Below, piece by piece: positions 10,500-22,800 of a DNA stretch of 64,000 nucleotides. Positions within the stretch are counted from its first letter, which is position 1; the number at the start of each line of letters is the position of its first letter. The notes beneath the pieces were generated by a model. It worked only from the letters and a program-made list of their open reading frames with translations, did no database searches and had not been told where the DNA came from. The stretch comes from Setoptus koraiensis (lineage: Eukaryota; Animalia; Arthropoda): contig CM106586.1 of NCBI GenBank assembly GCA_048013815.1, positions 15,624,001 through 15,688,000 on the forward strand, given 5' to 3'. The translations under genes and the position numbers were made by a program.

Positions 10500-13387
10500 G
10501 ATTTCACAGCAGGCGCGGCTGTTGCTTTTGCTTCGCATGTTGATTGCGCGTTGTTGCAAAGAATGATGGATGATGGTTGATTTACTATTTTATAATTAGC
10601 GCGTAGCAGTATGTGGTCTCGTGCGATGCTAAATGGCTTCGACTCTGTCTGCGCCTTGCTGCGCAAAATGAGACACAATTTGTAGCGTGTTTAGTTACGA
10701 GATATGTGTGCATGGATAGGTATGAGAAAACTAAGGCAGGTCAGTACCAGGCCGTCCGCAAGTTTGCCTCTAAATGCGCTGGTATGGCTTGTGTTGCGGC
10801 ATCCGCTGCGCGCTGCTTGCGATTAGCAACTACAGACACAAACACGCACACAAACACACAGCACACACACCCTCGGTTAGAAATTGAGCGAGGCGAAAAC
10901 AGACAGCAGGACAATACAAACTGCGAACGATGTAACACTGGTAGCGTCCAGATGTGGGACGATTGGTGGTAGTCTAGGCAGGCTAGGCATAGGCAGAACG
11001 GCTTGGATGCAATTTTCTGCCACCGCGCCGACCCAGTAGAACTGTCCGTCCAGTGCCTCCTCGTCGCGACACAGCGCCACACTCCTCTTGCTCTGTGTTG
11101 CATTAGAGTTCTGGGTATTCGCCATTGCGCACACACCTAAACAAGAATTTTTTCTGGATACGATCCTCGGCGAATATTTGTGGTTACGCGTTTCCTAGCT
11201 TGCCTTTCTACTGAGCGTGTGTTAGTGGTACTGGTGTGTGTGTGCAGCGCGACAAACAGCTGCAAGAAAGAATTCGATTTTTCATCATTGGTAGTCACTC
11301 ACACATAGTTAGCGGTTCGTGGAACGAACGTCAACTACGACACCAGAGAGGAGAGGGAAATTCGAAAATCGAATATGCCACAGCGCCAAATTTAAAAAGC
11401 GACCATTGTCTATTTTATTTCGCGCTCGCTTCGAAGCGACAATTTATAATCTGTCATACCCCAATTTATGTCTTCGTCCACACCAGCAGTCTCGGGATTA
11501 CTGTAATGGCATTTGGATGAATTAATTATGGTATTGCTGTCAATTAGAAGCAGAAATTAAATAATCAATCCATGTTCGGATACGAATAGAGGGCCGATAT
11601 ACGTTACCGGCGACCAACGCATATTAGCGGCAGTGGCTCACAATGGCTGGACTATTATATGTTTTTATACCCATTGCAATTATGCATAAATGGTGACAAC
11701 AACTCAGAATGTTCCGCAATTAGATCACATACTGGCTCTACGTGCTGAACGAAGCATAATAGCATCGAAACAATTGGTTGGCAACTAGAAAGGCTATAAT
11801 AGCGGATGCGTATAATAGCAAACGCATAAGTAGTTATCGCAGTGACAGTTGAAACGCCAGCGACCGCGCGGTCCGCGCAACCGACAGATCATTATAGATT
11901 GCATGATAGCAGTCTTTATGCCATGTCGCTTGATGGACCGGTCATTCCTGCTCATTTATGTCAATTGTATTAGTTGTGCCTTACTATTGTTATACAAAAA
12001 AAAAATTTTCTGTGCATTTTAGAGCCAGTGCTGGTTATTGCGCTCTTCCCATTAGAGGGCAGTTATCACTACTATTGTTAGAGCGCCATGTATATATCTT
12101 ATTGTTAGCGGTTGACACCTCGGCCGAGATTGAGACCAGTACCCAGTGCTGCCCCAGTTTTTGGGTAAGTGCATCGCTATTCATGTCAAACACCTCAAGA
12201 GGATTAGTGACTATTGAATAGAGACAATAAGTGACATAGACAAGAATTATGTTGTTGGACAATTATATTATTTAAGTAATCGTGCTGCATCAGGAGAAGC
12301 TCTCATAGATAACCAGATCAATCTCAAGCTTTTGCATCAAGTCATCCCATAAGTATCACGAGGCTAGTATTATATATTACTTACTATTATTTATTATTTC
12401 CCGCATTTTATTACTTCAATCCAACTGTAGATGTTACATGCTCTTCTCTCGAAGTCTCTCGATTCGTCCGCCACGTCTCTACTTAACATCATCTGTAGCG
12501 CCTTTACATCTGACCGCTTTTTATCCTTTAGATGTGGCAAACAATCCTTCCCCGGATCAATCAACCATTTATGTTCACAGGGCACAAGATGGCAGCTGCG
12601 TGGGTGTCTGTAGTAAATCAGAATATTATACCGCTTGAATCTTATCTAAAATCGGAAGTTCCAGACACCGCCTTAGCCCGAATCTTTGCTCGCATTCTTG
12701 ATTTAAACTGTATTATCAATTTGAGCTTAGTTTATCGCGCTAGACTACTATATCATCATCGGCGGCGCTCCTCAATCGACCCAATCTATATTCCTGCTTC
12801 TACGTGCGCAGAGGGTGGAACGGCCACAAAGGTTTTCGCGTACATAGAAACCAAATAGTCGGTTCAATAGTTCATATGCCAAATGGTACTTACTCGGTTC
12901 TTCCACTCGGCAGAAAGAAGGCACATGTTAATGGTTAAAGGGCACCTTCTGAGATGAGGGGCTAATGTTTTATGCCGCACTCAGAAGGTCGATCACTGCA
13001 CTTGCAATAGGTTCGCTTAGCAGGCACGAAATGGTTGATGATGTATATCTGAGATAGAGAGAGTGTATGGCGCGATGCGATGTGAATGTCACAGATCACA
13101 CAACGGGGCTTACAGCCTCGTCATACTTCGGGCACAAGAAGTCGGGAGCATATTTCAATATGCGTGTTTTAAAATTTGTTAACTGTGTCAAATGGGGTAA
13201 TTCAGAAAATCTAGCCACTGCAGAAAGGTTTGTTACGGTGAAGTTTGTGATAATTTGTCTGTAGCAAGTATCTAAATAGGTTCCTCACAGAAGGATCTAC
13301 TCGTATGTTCATGTTAAGGGACTTATATTCTTTACATGAGAGGCACTTTAACTTTTGTATATTGTATGCTACCAAAATAGTGGGTAC

Positions 13388-13748
13388 CGCCACCCACCTC
13401 CCCCCACCACCCCGCCCCCCCGCCCTCCCCCCCCCCCCCCAGCCCCCCCCCCCACCACCCCCCACCCACACCCCCCCCCCCCCCCCCGCCCGCCCCCCAC
13501 CCTCCGGCCCCGCCCGCACAGCGCGCTCCCCCCCCCCCCCCCCTCCCCCCCGCCCCTCGCCCGTCCCCCTCTCCCGCTCGCCCCGCTCCCGCGCTCGACC
13601 CGCCCCACTCCCTCCTCCGGCCGCCCCCCCCCCTCCCCCACCCTCCCCCCCCGCCCCTCGCCCCCGCCCGCCCTCTCGCTCCCACTCCTCCCGCGCCCCC
13701 CCCCCCCCTCGCCGCGCGCACTCCCTCCGTCCTCCGCCCTCGCTCACT
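13388..13748. other. C-rich low-complexity tract, probably a sequencing/consensus artefact inside the ankyrin-repeat coding region
   Basis: About 360 nt of almost only C on the + strand, non-periodic, embedded in indel-rich sequence and flanked by ankyrin-like codons. Confidence 0.65.
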
Positions 13749-13779
13749 AGTTGAAAAGATCTCAAGATTACATGTACAT

Positions 13780-15963
13780 AATATCAATATTATTATTGTA
13801 CTATTAGAATGGGCCTATGAGATAAATATACTAATAGCCGCTCACGCGTAGTTATACTTTAGCACATCAAACGTTTAGTATCTGCCTAACATCACAGCCT
13901 CTAGCCGTCTCGCTCGACGAAGCAACAGGGACACGAGCAGTAGCCACGCGTGTACTCTTAAAAACACGAGGCTCTAAAGAGCGTATTCGATTCTCCGGAA
14001 GACAAGCAGAGTCTGGCTGCTGATCGTTTATTGCACGATAGGAGCTCGATGAATCACAAAGATGATTGTGCTGCAGCTGCCTTATTAATACAAAATAATA
14101 TTAGTCCGATGTTACCTCTAAATCTGGATTCATGCACTCCACGTAGCCAGCATTATGGAACGAACGCCGTAGCTAAGCTGCTCCTTGGATATCAGGTAAT
14201 GTTAACTTTCAAGCCAAACATAATATCACTCCACTCATGTCGCAGCTAAATGGGGCAAGGAGAGGATGGTGGAACTTACTTATAGAAACGGAGCTACTAT
14301 CGAGCGACACTAAAAGATGGACTTACTCCATTGCTTGTGCAGCTCGCAGTGGTCGCAACGATGTTGTCGATATATTAATTCGTAAAGGTGCTCCAATATC
14401 CGCGGCTGAGGGTCTAGAAGATGACGTGTTTAAGCCCCTCTACACATGGCAACCAGGGAGACCATCATGAATCTGCGTCTCTCTGGCTCATCATAGGGCA
14501 TCAGTAAATGATGTAACTAACGATTATCTAACAGCTCTTCATGTGGCTAGTCATTGCGGAGCATGTTACAGTGGCAAAACTTCTCTTAGATCATAAAGCG
14601 ATCCAAACTTTAAGCTCTGATGGATTACATCGTTGATATAGCATGTAAAAGAATCGTTTAGCGGTGGTGGAACTACTATTACGTTATGGTGCTCATTAAA
14701 TTTCAGTAACCGAATCAGCATAACCCCATTACATGTTGCTGATATTATGGGTAATATCGATATAGTCACATATTATTTTAAAAAGCATGGAGTATATTGA
14801 AACATCGACTGTTAGAGGAAGAGACACCGTTGCATCTGGCAGCCAGGGCAATTCAAATTGATGTGATCAAAATATTATTGCGTCACGGTGCTAACGTTGG
14901 AGCTAAGGCAAAAGAAGCGCAAACAGCACTTCATATCGCCTCGAGACTGGGCAATGCAGAAATAGCGGATCTCATTGATTCGTCTCGGTATTCGCAGTGG
15001 ATGCTCCCACCAAGGACAGCTATACAGCACTACATATTGCTGCAAAAGAGGTCATGATGAGGTAGTTGAAGTTTTACTAGATCATGGAGCAAAACATCAC
15101 TTGTGCAACCAAGAATCACGGCTTCACACCCTTGCATCTCTGCGTCAAAGTACGGCATTGAAAGTAGTCGAACTTCTCCTGGAGACTTGGTTGCATTAAT
15201 AGACGGCAGGTAAAAAGGAGTAACTCCTTGCATGTGTCACTCATTATGGATACCTGGTTGTCGTTCGTTTTTAAGTTAGAGGCCTCTCCACCGTACACTG
15301 CGAAGAATCAGGTATACCTCTCTACACATCGCAGCCAAGGGAAACAGATTAGATGTCGCTACAGCATCTTCTTGAGTATGGTTCCAAGCCAAATGCAGAA
15401 TCTAAAGCTGGTTTTACTCCGTTACATCTCGCAGGACAGAAGGCCGTGCAGATATGGCGGCTTTGCTTATCTACAATGGGGCTAACGTGAAACGCTCGAG
15501 CCAGAAATGGTATCACCATTACATTATGTGCCCAAGAGGATCACGTGAATGTGGCAAGTTAATGTTGCAAGTCGGGTGAACAACTCAACGAACAAACAGG
15601 GGTGGTTTCATCCTCTGTCATGTTGCCTCACACTTCGGTAGAGTTAATATGATACGATTTCTATTATCTAATGGTGCTAATGTAAATATTCCAGCAGCTC
15701 TGGTTTCAACTTTGCATCAAGCATGCATGTACCAGCAAATAGTTGTCTTCTTTTGCAAGCAAAGCGCATCCAGAAGCATAACAGTAGTGGTCAAACAGCG
15801 CTCTCAATAGCTCAAAATTAGGCTACGTATCCATCGTTGGATTACCTGAGTAATCACAGAAACAGTAGTCAAAGACAACAACACTGACAATAACAGAAGA
15901 AAAATACAAGATCGTTGGCCCACGAAATATGCAAGAAACTTTCGTCAGCGACTCAGAAGAGAG
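13780..15963 (+). CDS. Ank2: Ankyrin membrane-binding domain (ANK repeats) exon, heavily frameshifted in this assembly
   Basis: Fragments in shifting frames follow the canonical ankyrin order: [131 protein letters not shown]...[11 protein letters not shown], ending at donor GTAAGT (15964). The 5' boundary is uncertain and may extend to about 13200. Confidence 0.75.
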
Positions 15964-16270
15964 GTAAGTGTTTCTTAAAACATTCTCGTTCATTCGTTGC
16001 GTATCGTTTTCAACAGATGCACACTTTATACATATATCTTGAATATCATGAATCTACGGTTAGTCGTTATCGGTCCATTCATGTGTCAGCTTCCTTGACT
16101 AGACACGAGCTGTTCAGACCCTCTGCAAAACATATTCTAGAAATCTTCCTGCGAAGGAACTAGTCACATCTCGTGTCTTAGCTGGTCCACTTAGAGAGAA
16201 CTTAGTGACATGGGAATTCGCCAAATAATTTGATGGTGGTGCCACATAACTCACTTGTCAGCCGTTGTAG

Positions 16271-16890
16271 TTCGAATATAGTGCCAAGATATCAGCTTGT
16301 TGTACCCTGAGAATCTCCTGTCTAAGGACGAAACAGCAACTGGCCAAGATAGGTTCGAACAGTTCAAATAGCGGTCACCAATCTGTCGGTATACCCGTCG
16401 GCTGTATATGTGATCCGCGAAAGATCGTTATATGTCACCAGATTTACATACATTGGGGCAAAATATCTCATTATCTTGCCTGTTGTCGTCAGGCATGCGA
16501 TCAATCTGGCTACTTTGTTAGGCCCACCATTTTTGAGACTGACAATCCCATTGATGAAGAGGGAATTTTCAGGGACAATAATAACCTGTTACTCTTTTCT
16601 TGACAACAAGCTAGACAAAATGATAGATCTTATTGCGAACGACAGTGATTGCGCTTCAACTGGTGGCATTTTTACTCAAGATGAGTTGTTTATTGAGCTT
16701 GCGATAAATTCAGAATGTCAGCTCGTAATTTCTATATTAACGATAAGTCGACTGGAGTGATTGTAAGACAACTGCCATTTGGCGGTGGCCGACTATTGTG
16801 CATTAACGACAAGCCAATTTGTTAAGATGGGCAGATTCGCAGACAGTCAAAAGTGCGAGATCGCACATGATTGATCGGCAATAATGCGGA
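16271..16890 (+). pseudogene. Degenerate 3' fragment of P5C dehydrogenase nested in an ankyrin intron
   Basis: Collinear with 53100-53751: TTCGAATATAGTG, GATCAATCTGGCTAC, ATTTTTGAGACT, CAAGATGAG, AATTTCTATATTAACGATAAG, CCATTTGGCGGTGGCCGACTA. Translation FLDNKLDKMIDLIANDSDCASTGGIFTQDELFIE versus YPDNKLDETLDLVANNSKYALTGAIFAQDESFIE. Indels present. Confidence 0.85.
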
Positions 16891-19800
16891 AGATAAAAAA
16901 TATTCGATCGTTGTTCATTCGTTGCTCTTCTTTTCGCACGCATGTACATATTTTATCTACATGTCGCGAACTCTATGAATTGTGAGTCGCATTGAAAGTT
17001 GCACGAAGTGCGAAGGCATGATGGTTTTTAACTATCTCTCTCTCTCTCTCTCTCTCCCTCTCTCTAGAATTGAATTCTCATAGTCTCGTTATTAGTTTAG
17101 CCTAAAATAGGCCTTATAGCTATACTGTCACACTTTGGAGATCGATAGAATGGGTGAAAAGCTGATTGTAGTCAGTATAGACAGCGATAATAGATGCATG
17201 TCAACTTAGAATATTTTCTTACCGCCCCTCTCATTTTGTAAGACGGATATTTCTTAATGACGGTAGCAAGAAACATAAATGGCTTCATACAGCTTCAGCT
17301 AATCATAGAAACTCTTTATTTATTTGTTGGAAACCTCGTAGCACATGACTGCTACAATCTACTCCTGTGTTGTTACTTTCAATTTTAGTCATAAAAACCT
17401 GTTGTAGCTATCATTTCGCCCACCTTCATTGAGCTTCCCTAAGCCACGATTCCGTGAATGTTGTGTGTGTTGTTTCGATATAGTTGAGCCCGACAAGTAT
17501 TTGACTTCAGCTACAAGAACATAGCTTGAAAAATTTCTAAACGCCACGGGCATTTTTCCTCGCAATTCAGCCCCTCTTATCTATAAAATACAACTAACAA
17601 ATATTTTAGCTGAAGAGAGAACGTAAGCTGACTCTCATTCGAAAATCGAGGTAGTAGAGAAACTGTGAGTTGGTGTGAGAATGTAGTATTCTCTATCAAA
17701 GGTGATTAAAATACTTATTTTTGTCCAACTAATACATTTCCATGGACTGCGTGAGTAGTGATGAATGAGCAGAAAGCTAGAGAATAACAATTTCTGAGGT
17801 TAACAAGTAGCGACGAACATAGATCACCTGATTTAGCAAATATCTTATTGTTATGTAAGTTGAACCCAGCAACAGTGAATATTGATAAATTGAGATACTG
17901 CTTGATTTGGCACGAGTTGCCCACGTGGTAGCCGAACCAAGGCCTGTTTGATTCAGCAGCTCCCATTCGTTGAACACTGTATGAACACTCTTTATTGGAG
18001 GCATATATTCTCAACTATACTAGCACAGTGCTGGAACTGATAATCTATCTTTCAGGATGTTATGAAACATATATCAATCTCTTCCTTCATCTATATTAGT
18101 GAAATAATCAGTCGTTAGGCATGCCCGCGTGTCAGTTTATCCTTGCCTGTGAACATTTTTATAAACAATCGTTCAATTGTGATAATGAAAGAAAAAATCA
18201 AACTGCTTACAAACTAGAAATTGGATTGTCAATTGTCAGCAATTCTAATTTCTATCATAACAGTATGTGTGTAATGATGAGTTGAGTGATTTGATTGTCG
18301 ACTTATTGAAATCATGAGAATATGAAGATCCGTCTAGACGAATGCCACAATATCTATTTGTAATCTCAAGATACTCTGTATCGTTAGTTAACTAGAGAGT
18401 TAGAAACTCTCTAGTTAACCAACGATTCATGGAATCACGATTACTAATTGAGTATAGTAAGTAACGTTACGCAACCACCATGCTCACACTTGAATTGTGC
18501 TGTGGCTAAAATGGTTACTAAAGCTTTTTTATTCATCCTCTATGGCTTATAAACATATTGTTCAGCTTTATTGCACAGCAACTCCTATTCATCTATTCTC
18601 TCTGATATCTACCATCTATAAATTTATTGGCAAAGCACTCCTCCCCATTATTGAAGTGGGAAAAAATAGTTGCCCTTCTTTCCTCATTACTATAAGTGCA
18701 AGTGTGAAACTATCCATTCTTTAATAAGCTTATTCAGCTAGTTTAATTACACTGACTGTATTATTATATTCTTTAGCTATCTAGAAAAAAAAGGCACCTG
18801 CAGCATTCTAGTCATTACGATAATAACCATCGTAGTGGAAGGATGTTTACCAGTAGTATCATATAGTGAGTGCAAGTAGTAAGTGATAAGAGCAAAAAAT
18901 AGATAGTAGTTGCGATAATAAAAAGCGATAAATACTTATTGTAGCGGGATTGTGTGATTGCACTTCAAGTAAGTTTTGCTTCAGAGGAATAGGAGTGATT
19001 CGCACAGATTCAAAATCATAAAAGCATTGACAATTCATATAACAGCAAAGAATAAATTAACATTTTCGCAACTAGCTTACTATTAAGCTACTAGACCAAG
19101 AAGAAGCACAGAGTGCAACAACAAAACCAGATCAACTTGATTGAACAGTCTGCTAGATATATTCATTAAGCTATAGCTCACGGGTTCGTATTAGTTTTAA
19201 ACCTCAATTATTTAATCGTGGTTCTTCTACATCTGATAATATGGAATGAATATAGTGTCAAGGATACTTGGCACGAACATGCATCAGAATACTCACATTA
19301 GTTGAAGATTACCTATACACAAAATACACACGCACACATCATTGCCGACGAGGCATAATCACAGATGTGAAAACGTTGCGAAACAATCAACAAAGACAAC
19401 AATCTACTACTAAACTCGTCAAGCCTGTCTTGAAAGCTTGTTTTGTGTCGTCTAAAGTAAAAAGAACAATTATCGCAAGGGACAATTGCTGTAGTTACAT
19501 TTGTTAAATGAATTGTTCTGAAAAACTAATTAGATTTTTCGTCGCACACATCGCATCCCCATCCATTCAACGAGTCCATCCTCTAGTAACTATTATAGTG
19601 AGCTAGCCAGTCTCGATTTTTCATATCTGTTTGTTTTTAATACATTAGCAACAATTCAACCGAATGCATACAAGTGCACACAGGTGAACCAAGAGTTGTC
19701 CTGACTCTACACCTTCCTCTTATTGTGTTGATATTATTAGTTATATAATTATAACTTGTGTATGTAATATGCTGGTGTTGCCTCACATGAACTTTGTTGT

Positions 19801-22800
19801 TAGCAAGTTATAAACAACACATATAACATGCTTTTAACCAACCATTTTGTATGCATTAAGCTGGCGAGAAAGCTTTCTCATGCTTACACCAAAAGTGATT
19901 ATAATTAGGTATACAAGGATTTGTATTATGATGCAGCAAAAACAAGCCATTCATTCACATAGAAATCCATTCCAAGCAAGTAATGAATGATTACAGCAAG
20001 ATGCTAAAATAAACATAGAAAGTGTGAGTGTGTGGGCCTGTTTTTCTTATAGCTGTTGTTTAGCCTGCCATCTGTTTAGTTTCTTGCTGGATATTTCGAT
20101 TAGCGAACACAATCAATCGAAGGCCAAAAAACGATAATGCTCATAGATTTTGCAAACAAGACAAAGAGTGAGAGAGAAAGAGGAATAGGGTGAGATTCGA
20201 GTGGCATCAAATAAGCTCGTTGAGGTACGCAGACAACGCTTTTAAGTTGGCATTATCCAATGGAGGGTTAAATCTGAACTACATCTCGGCAGGTGCTTCA
20301 AAAAATTTTTATATCCTGTAAGTTTGTGCTGATGCTCCTTGTTCGTTCAGTCTGATCGCCTTTTATTGCTTTTCCGACCAGAATAGACGAGAGAGTGAAA
20401 TAACAGTATGATAGTAGATAAACCTATCAGATAGTTCTGATTGTATACATAACCCTTCCTGTCCTTCGACTTGTTTCCTTCTCAAGGACAATAGCGTTAG
20501 GCATGCAATGTTTTTCTCGCTGTACATCATTAAGTTTTCGTCGTCGTGTCTGCAGAGCTACTTCTATCTTGTGCGATAACAAAGTTTGGCATTAAAATGT
20601 TTGTTTTAGTGTACTCTATGACTAGTTGTGTGTGTGAGAACATCGCATATATCGGCTAGATAGATAAGAGATGTTATAAAGCGTTATATTGAGAGACATG
20701 CCACTAGGAGAATGAACAAAATTGGTTATAGCGAGAAAACTAATAGTTCAGAGAAGCAACAACCAATCACGAAGAGTTAAATCATGGTCGTCGTTCATCG
20801 TATGTGTAGCCATTTTTATAGGTAGTGTACGCCGATGGCATGGCTTAGTTATAGATAAATTGATAGAATCCAAACAAACCTCGCACTAAAGATGAGCGCT
20901 TGTATTATCCAATCATATATATATAAATATAAATTCATATATACAAAAGAAGGTAGAGATAAGACCACTGCACAGGTAGATATCAGATAATCAATTGGTA
21001 GGCCGGCATGATTGATTTATCAATGGGGCACACACATCTAAACAATGTCTCGCCTATTCAGAATATAATGATGATGTTTTGTACTCGTATTTTCAGTCAT
21101 TGACGACCTTTATTAGAATAGAAACATTGTCTATGTAGAGCTAATGATTTCTGCATCGAGACTTAGTTCACTCACTAGTTAAAGCATGGCTTAAATGCAA
21201 CCATGTGTCATGTCTTCGTGTCAGTTGTCGTATGTCATTCGAATAGTATACCTCATGTAGGGATTTGTCTATTTGTCAGCAGTTGTCTAAGTTAACAATC
21301 AAATTGATTTAATGCTGTGTCTGTAATTCGGGTGATTTGTTGTTTACTAAATAAGACACAATGGGTATCTGTTTCGCATACTACCACCTCTGAGGTAGCC
21401 TTAATCTGAATCATATCGCTATCTCACCCCTCTCTCCTTGCTCGCGGATTTTTCCATCTGAATAATTGATGAGAAGCAGTCCATCAATGCAAAGCGGGTC
21501 TAAACTAATCATACTAATGGCCTTGTGCGAAAGAGTGCAAGCTATTTCTATATTGTAGAGCATTTATCATTAGATTCTATATAAAGATCCAAGCGATAGA
21601 GCAAGAGAGGGCAGGAAAAGAACAGTTTTGATGATTGTCTGTGTTCATGACTACATATTAAAACTTTCATATACATGCTGACAACTCGTCGAATATGCGT
21701 CGATTTATAACAATGACTATGGTTCCGATATTGAGAGGGTTTTATTACACTTGTATGCACTTACAAACAAAGTGGCCTACCAATCGAATGAAACTGAACA
21801 ACAATCAAGCTGACAATGATAGTTAGCCTTGTTGACGGATATTATTGAGCAATAAATAGAGAAGCATAAAGTGCGAGTTGAACAAACACACGAAAATATA
21901 GTAGCATTCAACGATAAACATTATGCTCGTTGATTTTAGTTATACTGTAGTGTGTAAAGTGTTCTGACGGTTATCTATCTAGGTAATCCCATCAATTTTG
22001 CGAACAAACAAACACAACGATGGCGATGCGCAAACTATATTCACAGATGGTATATGGTTTCTGTCTAGATGTATGTTTGCATTTGGCCTGTATGATTGTG
22101 TATTTATGTTGGTGTGTCTCTCAAAATTATATGCATTCTCTACGATAAATATAAGAGGAAATAATTCATTTTTAAGCAAGCAAAACTGGGTTAACAAGGC
22201 CAACAATTCTAACAATTATCTCTGACACACAAAACAAAGCTTCTGTTTTTGTTGACAACATCCTTTGTCTTATCACACTTGTGCCCGTACTGTATGTGTC
22301 TCGAGAAACTCTTGAGCAGCGTTGATTTTCATAAGCCTGAAGGGCCGATTGATCGCATCATAAGCGCCGCTGTGATGCAGGCTTTTAAGAATTTGTCCCA
22401 AGTCTAATATGAGTCTAATGTATCTTTGCTAGAGCATTTGAAGTGATAATGTTGATATGGCAACAGCCCAGATCAGCCAGCGATAGGGACACGGAGCAAG
22501 TTCAGCATCAACTTAATTGCCCTAAATACAACATCGGCAGCACCGACGACGCATAGGTAGAGAGCACGCTGCTTACATCATATGAGTTGTGTGTGTGTGT
22601 GTGCACTTTGTGAGGGCCCCTCCCTATATCAATCCCCAGATGCAATATGGTGCGGCTGCCTCAGTGAGATGCGGCAATTTATTTTGTTAGTAGCATGAGT
22701 CATAGCAGCAGTAGTGAGTCGAACTCCGCTAGGTTAACATTGGACTTTGGGAAAAATGTCAATGGAAAGCCGATGGACGGGGGCTCCCGCGGGGCAAACA

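Noticed and set aside
9977-10678. ORFs spanning the N run
   Set aside because: They are open only because N codons contain no stops.
13211-13787. Pro-rich and Gly-rich ORFs resembling formin, extensin or glycine-rich proteins
   Set aside because: They arise from a non-periodic C-rich tract that is open in nearly all frames, inside an indel-rich region and interrupting ankyrin-like codons. Most likely a consensus artefact.
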